From positions 561 to 64,560 of the forward strand of contig JBBADT010000007.1 of assembly GCA_041656315.1 (NCBI GenBank): 64,000 nt of DNA, given 5' to 3'. The notes beneath the pieces are model-generated. The model did not search any database and was not told where the DNA came from. It saw nothing but the letters and a program-made list of their open reading frames with translations. Both the position numbers and the translations under genes were made by a program. The DNA is from Advenella sp. Its GTDB lineage: Bacteria; Pseudomonadota; Gammaproteobacteria; Burkholderiales; Burkholderiaceae_B. Below are positions 61,379 through 64,000 of the stretch, one piece after another (position 1 is the stretch's first letter; each line of letters opens with the position of its first letter).

Positions 61379-61870
61379 TTATGCAGCTTGATATTGCTTA
61401 ACGCGCTTGCTCACTATCTCAAATACACCCTGACAGGCATCCTCGAGATAATCCAGCATTTTGAAAAAGCCATCCAAACCGCCGTAATAAGGGTCAGGCA
61501 CGGTTGCTTCTTCGTAATCATTGGCAAAACGCATTAACAGCATGAGTTTATGCCGCAAGGGCTTAGGGCAGATTTGCTGCATGTAAGAAAGGTTATCCCA
61601 ATCCATTGCCAGAATAAGATCATATTCCGTGAAATCTTCCGCCGTTACCTGACGGGCACGGTGTTGGGATATATCATAGCCACGCTTGCGAGCTGCCAGT
61701 TGAGCTCGACCATCGGGCGCATCACCAATATGGTAGTTTTGAGTACCTGCCGAATCAACCTGAATTGAGTTTTGCAGGCCTGCCTCCTGGACGAGACGAC
61801 GCAATACCCCCTCGGCACTCGGCGAGCGACAGATATTGCCCATACAGACGAAAAGTACTTTAGTAACCAT
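61379..61870 (-). CDS. Low-molecular-weight protein-tyrosine phosphatase
   Basis: VCMGNICRSP, DSAGT, VPDPYY. Confidence 0.93.
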   Translation of the reverse strand: MVTKVLFVCMGNICRSPSAEGVLRRLVQEAGLQNSIQVDSAGTQNYHIGDAPDGRAQLAARKRGYDISQHRARQVTAEDFTEYDLILAMDWDNLSYMQQICPKPLRHKLMLLMRFANDYEEATVPDPYYGGLDGFFKMLDYLEDACQGVFEIVSKRVKQYQAA

Positions 61871-62093
61871 AGCCCTATAGTTTGAGGGAAAACCCCAGTT
61901 ATGGCAAGCTCTTTTTAATTATGCTTCGCATACGAGCATTTTTAAAAAAATTTTTTGCCTTAAAAAACAACAAGTTAAAAGAACACTAAATTCTACAACC
62001 AATTCACTTAGATCATACACACTTTAAAATCAAGTGAAAACAGATATTTGACAAAATTAAACAACATTTAACGATAGCAAAAACAATACCGGA

Positions 62094-63074
62094 TCAAAAG
62101 GCGGAACTGATCAATTCCACCGACTTGAGTCTTGCTGCCACATCGTAAACACGCGCTGTTATCATCAGCTCATCCACACCCGTCATTTCCACAAACCTTG
62201 AGATCCCATGGGCTACCGTTTTGGGGCTGCCCACCATTGAATAAGCAAGCTTATGCTCAATGCTGGCACGCTCGGCAGGTGAAACATGATCATCAAGATT
62301 ATCTACCGGAGGCTGAAGTTTTCCGGGCGTATTCCTGAGAAGCTGTACCGATGCCATTTGGTGAGAGGTAAAATGATACTTGGCGAGCTCATCGGTGGGG
62401 GCCGCCAAAACATTCACACAGGCACTTGCGTAAGGCTTGTCCAGATAGGCAGAAGGCCTGAAAGAAGAACGGTAAACCGATAAGGCATTCATTAAGTCGG
62501 CAGGCGCAAAGTGTGACGCAAAAGAAAAAGGCAGGCCAAGATAAGCCGCCAATTGTGCACTGTATAAACTGGACCCCAACAACCAAACCGGAACCTGAAC
62601 ACCCGCAGCAGGTACCGCCACAATTTGCTGCCCCTCTTCAGGCTGGCGAAAATAATACTGCAACTCCTGGACATCTTGAGGGAAATTTTCCGCACTGGCA
62701 CGCAAATCCCGTCGTAATGCTCTTGCCGTATTCATATCTGTGCCAGGCGCCCTGCCCAAGCCCAGATCAATCCGGTTCGGATACAAAGAGGCCAAGGTAC
62801 CAAACTGCTCAGCAATAATCAGTGGCGAATGATTGGGCAACATAACCCCACCAGAGCCAACACGAATACGACTGGTTCCTGCGGCTATGTACCCAATAGC
62901 CACCGAAGTGGCAGAACTGGCAATACCCGGCATATTATGGTGCTCGGCAAGCCAAAAACGCGTAAAACCGCACTCTTCCGCTTTTTTTGCCAGCAGCAAG
63001 GAATTTCCAAGCGCATCGCCCACCGTTTCATTTTCATTGATCGGTGATAAATCCAGGATAGAAAAGGGAACCAA
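62094..63074 (-). CDS. Luciferase-like (LLM) flavin-dependent oxidoreductase, YhbW type
   Basis: [45 protein letters not shown] start. Confidence 0.9.
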   Translation of the reverse strand: MVPFSILDLSPINENETVGDALGNSLLLAKKAEECGFTRFWLAEHHNMPGIASSATSVAIGYIAAGTSRIRVGSGGVMLPNHSPLIIAEQFGTLASLYPNRIDLGLGRAPGTDMNTARALRRDLRASAENFPQDVQELQYYFRQPEEGQQIVAVPAAGVQVPVWLLGSSLYSAQLAAYLGLPFSFASHFAPADLMNALSVYRSSFRPSAYLDKPYASACVNVLAAPTDELAKYHFTSHQMASVQLLRNTPGKLQPPVDNLDDHVSPAERASIEHKLAYSMVGSPKTVAHGISRFVEMTGVDELMITARVYDVAARLKSVELISSAF

Positions 63075-63116
63075 AGCAATACCTAATTTTCAAAATAAAC
63101 AAAGCAATAACTTACA

Positions 63117-63881
63117 CTATTTATCTGAAAGCGTCTTTAAAAACTTTTCATCAGCAGGGCTTAATAAGCCTTGACTTCTTGCCTGAAAAATAAGCTCGGG
63201 ACGACGCTCATGAGTCAGCCTGAGGGACATTTGACGACGCCAGATGGATATGTTTTTATGATGCCCCGATAACAAGACCTCGGGAACCGGCTCATCTTCA
63301 AACACCTCGGGACGAGTATAGTGCGGACTGTCAAGCAAGCCAGACAAAGATTCATGAAAAGAATCCTGCAAGGCCGATGCCGCATCATTGAGCACCGATG
63401 GCAATAATCGAACCGCCGCATCAATCATGGCCAGTGCTGCAATTTCCCCACCCGACAAAACAAAATCACCCAGCGAAACCTCCTCATCGACATAGTGATC
63501 GATAAAGCGCTGGTCTATCCCCTCGTAACGCCCGCAAACAAAAGTAACACCCCCTGAATTCGCCAGCTCTTGCGCCTTTTGCTGATTAAAGGGTTTACCT
63601 GTGGGACTTAGCAGAACAACTTTTGCCGGTAATGCGTTTTCACGCTGACGATCCTGACGGATATCCTGCACCGCCCTTCTCAAGGGTTCGGCCAGCATGA
63701 CCATGCCAGGCCCGCCACCGTAGGGACGATCATCAACCGTTTGATGAATATCCGAGGTATAAGCGCGGGGATTCCATGTTTTGAGTTGCCAGATAGACTG
63801 GCGATGCGCCCTTCCTGTTACCCCCAGGTCCCGGACCACGGAGAAAATTTCGGGAAACAGGGTAATAACATCAACTCGCAT
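63117..63881 (-). CDS. trmD: tRNA (guanine-N1)-methyltransferase
   Basis: [35 protein letters not shown]. Confidence 0.97.
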   Translation of the reverse strand: MRVDVITLFPEIFSVVRDLGVTGRAHRQSIWQLKTWNPRAYTSDIHQTVDDRPYGGGPGMVMLAEPLRRAVQDIRQDRQRENALPAKVVLLSPTGKPFNQQKAQELANSGGVTFVCGRYEGIDQRFIDHYVDEEVSLGDFVLSGGEIAALAMIDAAVRLLPSVLNDAASALQDSFHESLSGLLDSPHYTRPEVFEDEPVPEVLLSGHHKNISIWRRQMSLRLTHERRPELIFQARSQGLLSPADEKFLKTLSDK

Positions 63882-64000
63882 CAGAGGTCTGCCGGCCAGT
63901 CTGTTTCAATTCGCTTTTGCTTGATATCAACAAACGGTACATGCGCCTGAACAAACGGGACCAGAACTTCTTTGACGCTGCCTTTGTCATCTTTCAGGAA
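63881..64000 (-). CDS. rimM: Ribosome maturation factor RimM, C-terminal part only
   Basis: Translates ...[35 protein letters not shown] stop/start overlap with trmD. Confidence 0.88.
   Translation of the reverse strand, partial: FLKDDKGSVKEVLVPFVQAHVPFVDIKQKRIETDWPADL

Overview
Mostly core chromosome of a Betaproteobacterium. Gene order (oxyR-recG-ridA, rph-yicC...gmk-rpoZ-spoT, lolD-lolC-recJ-prfB-lysS, iscRSUA-hscBA-fdx) and a Bug-family binding protein suggest Alcaligenaceae; this is an inference. Housekeeping content: livK (partial), phoX, fbpABC, glnA-ntrBC with a sigma54 promoter and NtrC sites, hemW, rdgB, ppiD, rlmJ, greB, comEC, frameshifted prfB, a siderophore ABC operon, the isc operon, trmD and rimM (partial). 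One accessory block lies between yicC and gmk (~18.5-28.0 kb). It holds an AT-rich defence island: a C5-cytosine methyltransferase, an McrB-like GTPase with an unrecognised N-terminal domain, a DUF2357/PD-(D/E)xK McrC-like nuclease, a convergent vsr, an IS256 remnant and a LexA-box-like site. Other notable items are a telomere-like (TAAGGGT)n tandem repeat supplying the stop codons of two convergent genes, a 53-aa lipoprotein missed by the ORF track, and no rplS after trmD. No rRNA, tRNA or CRISPR array was seen. All calls were made by eye from motifs and gene context; no searches were run.
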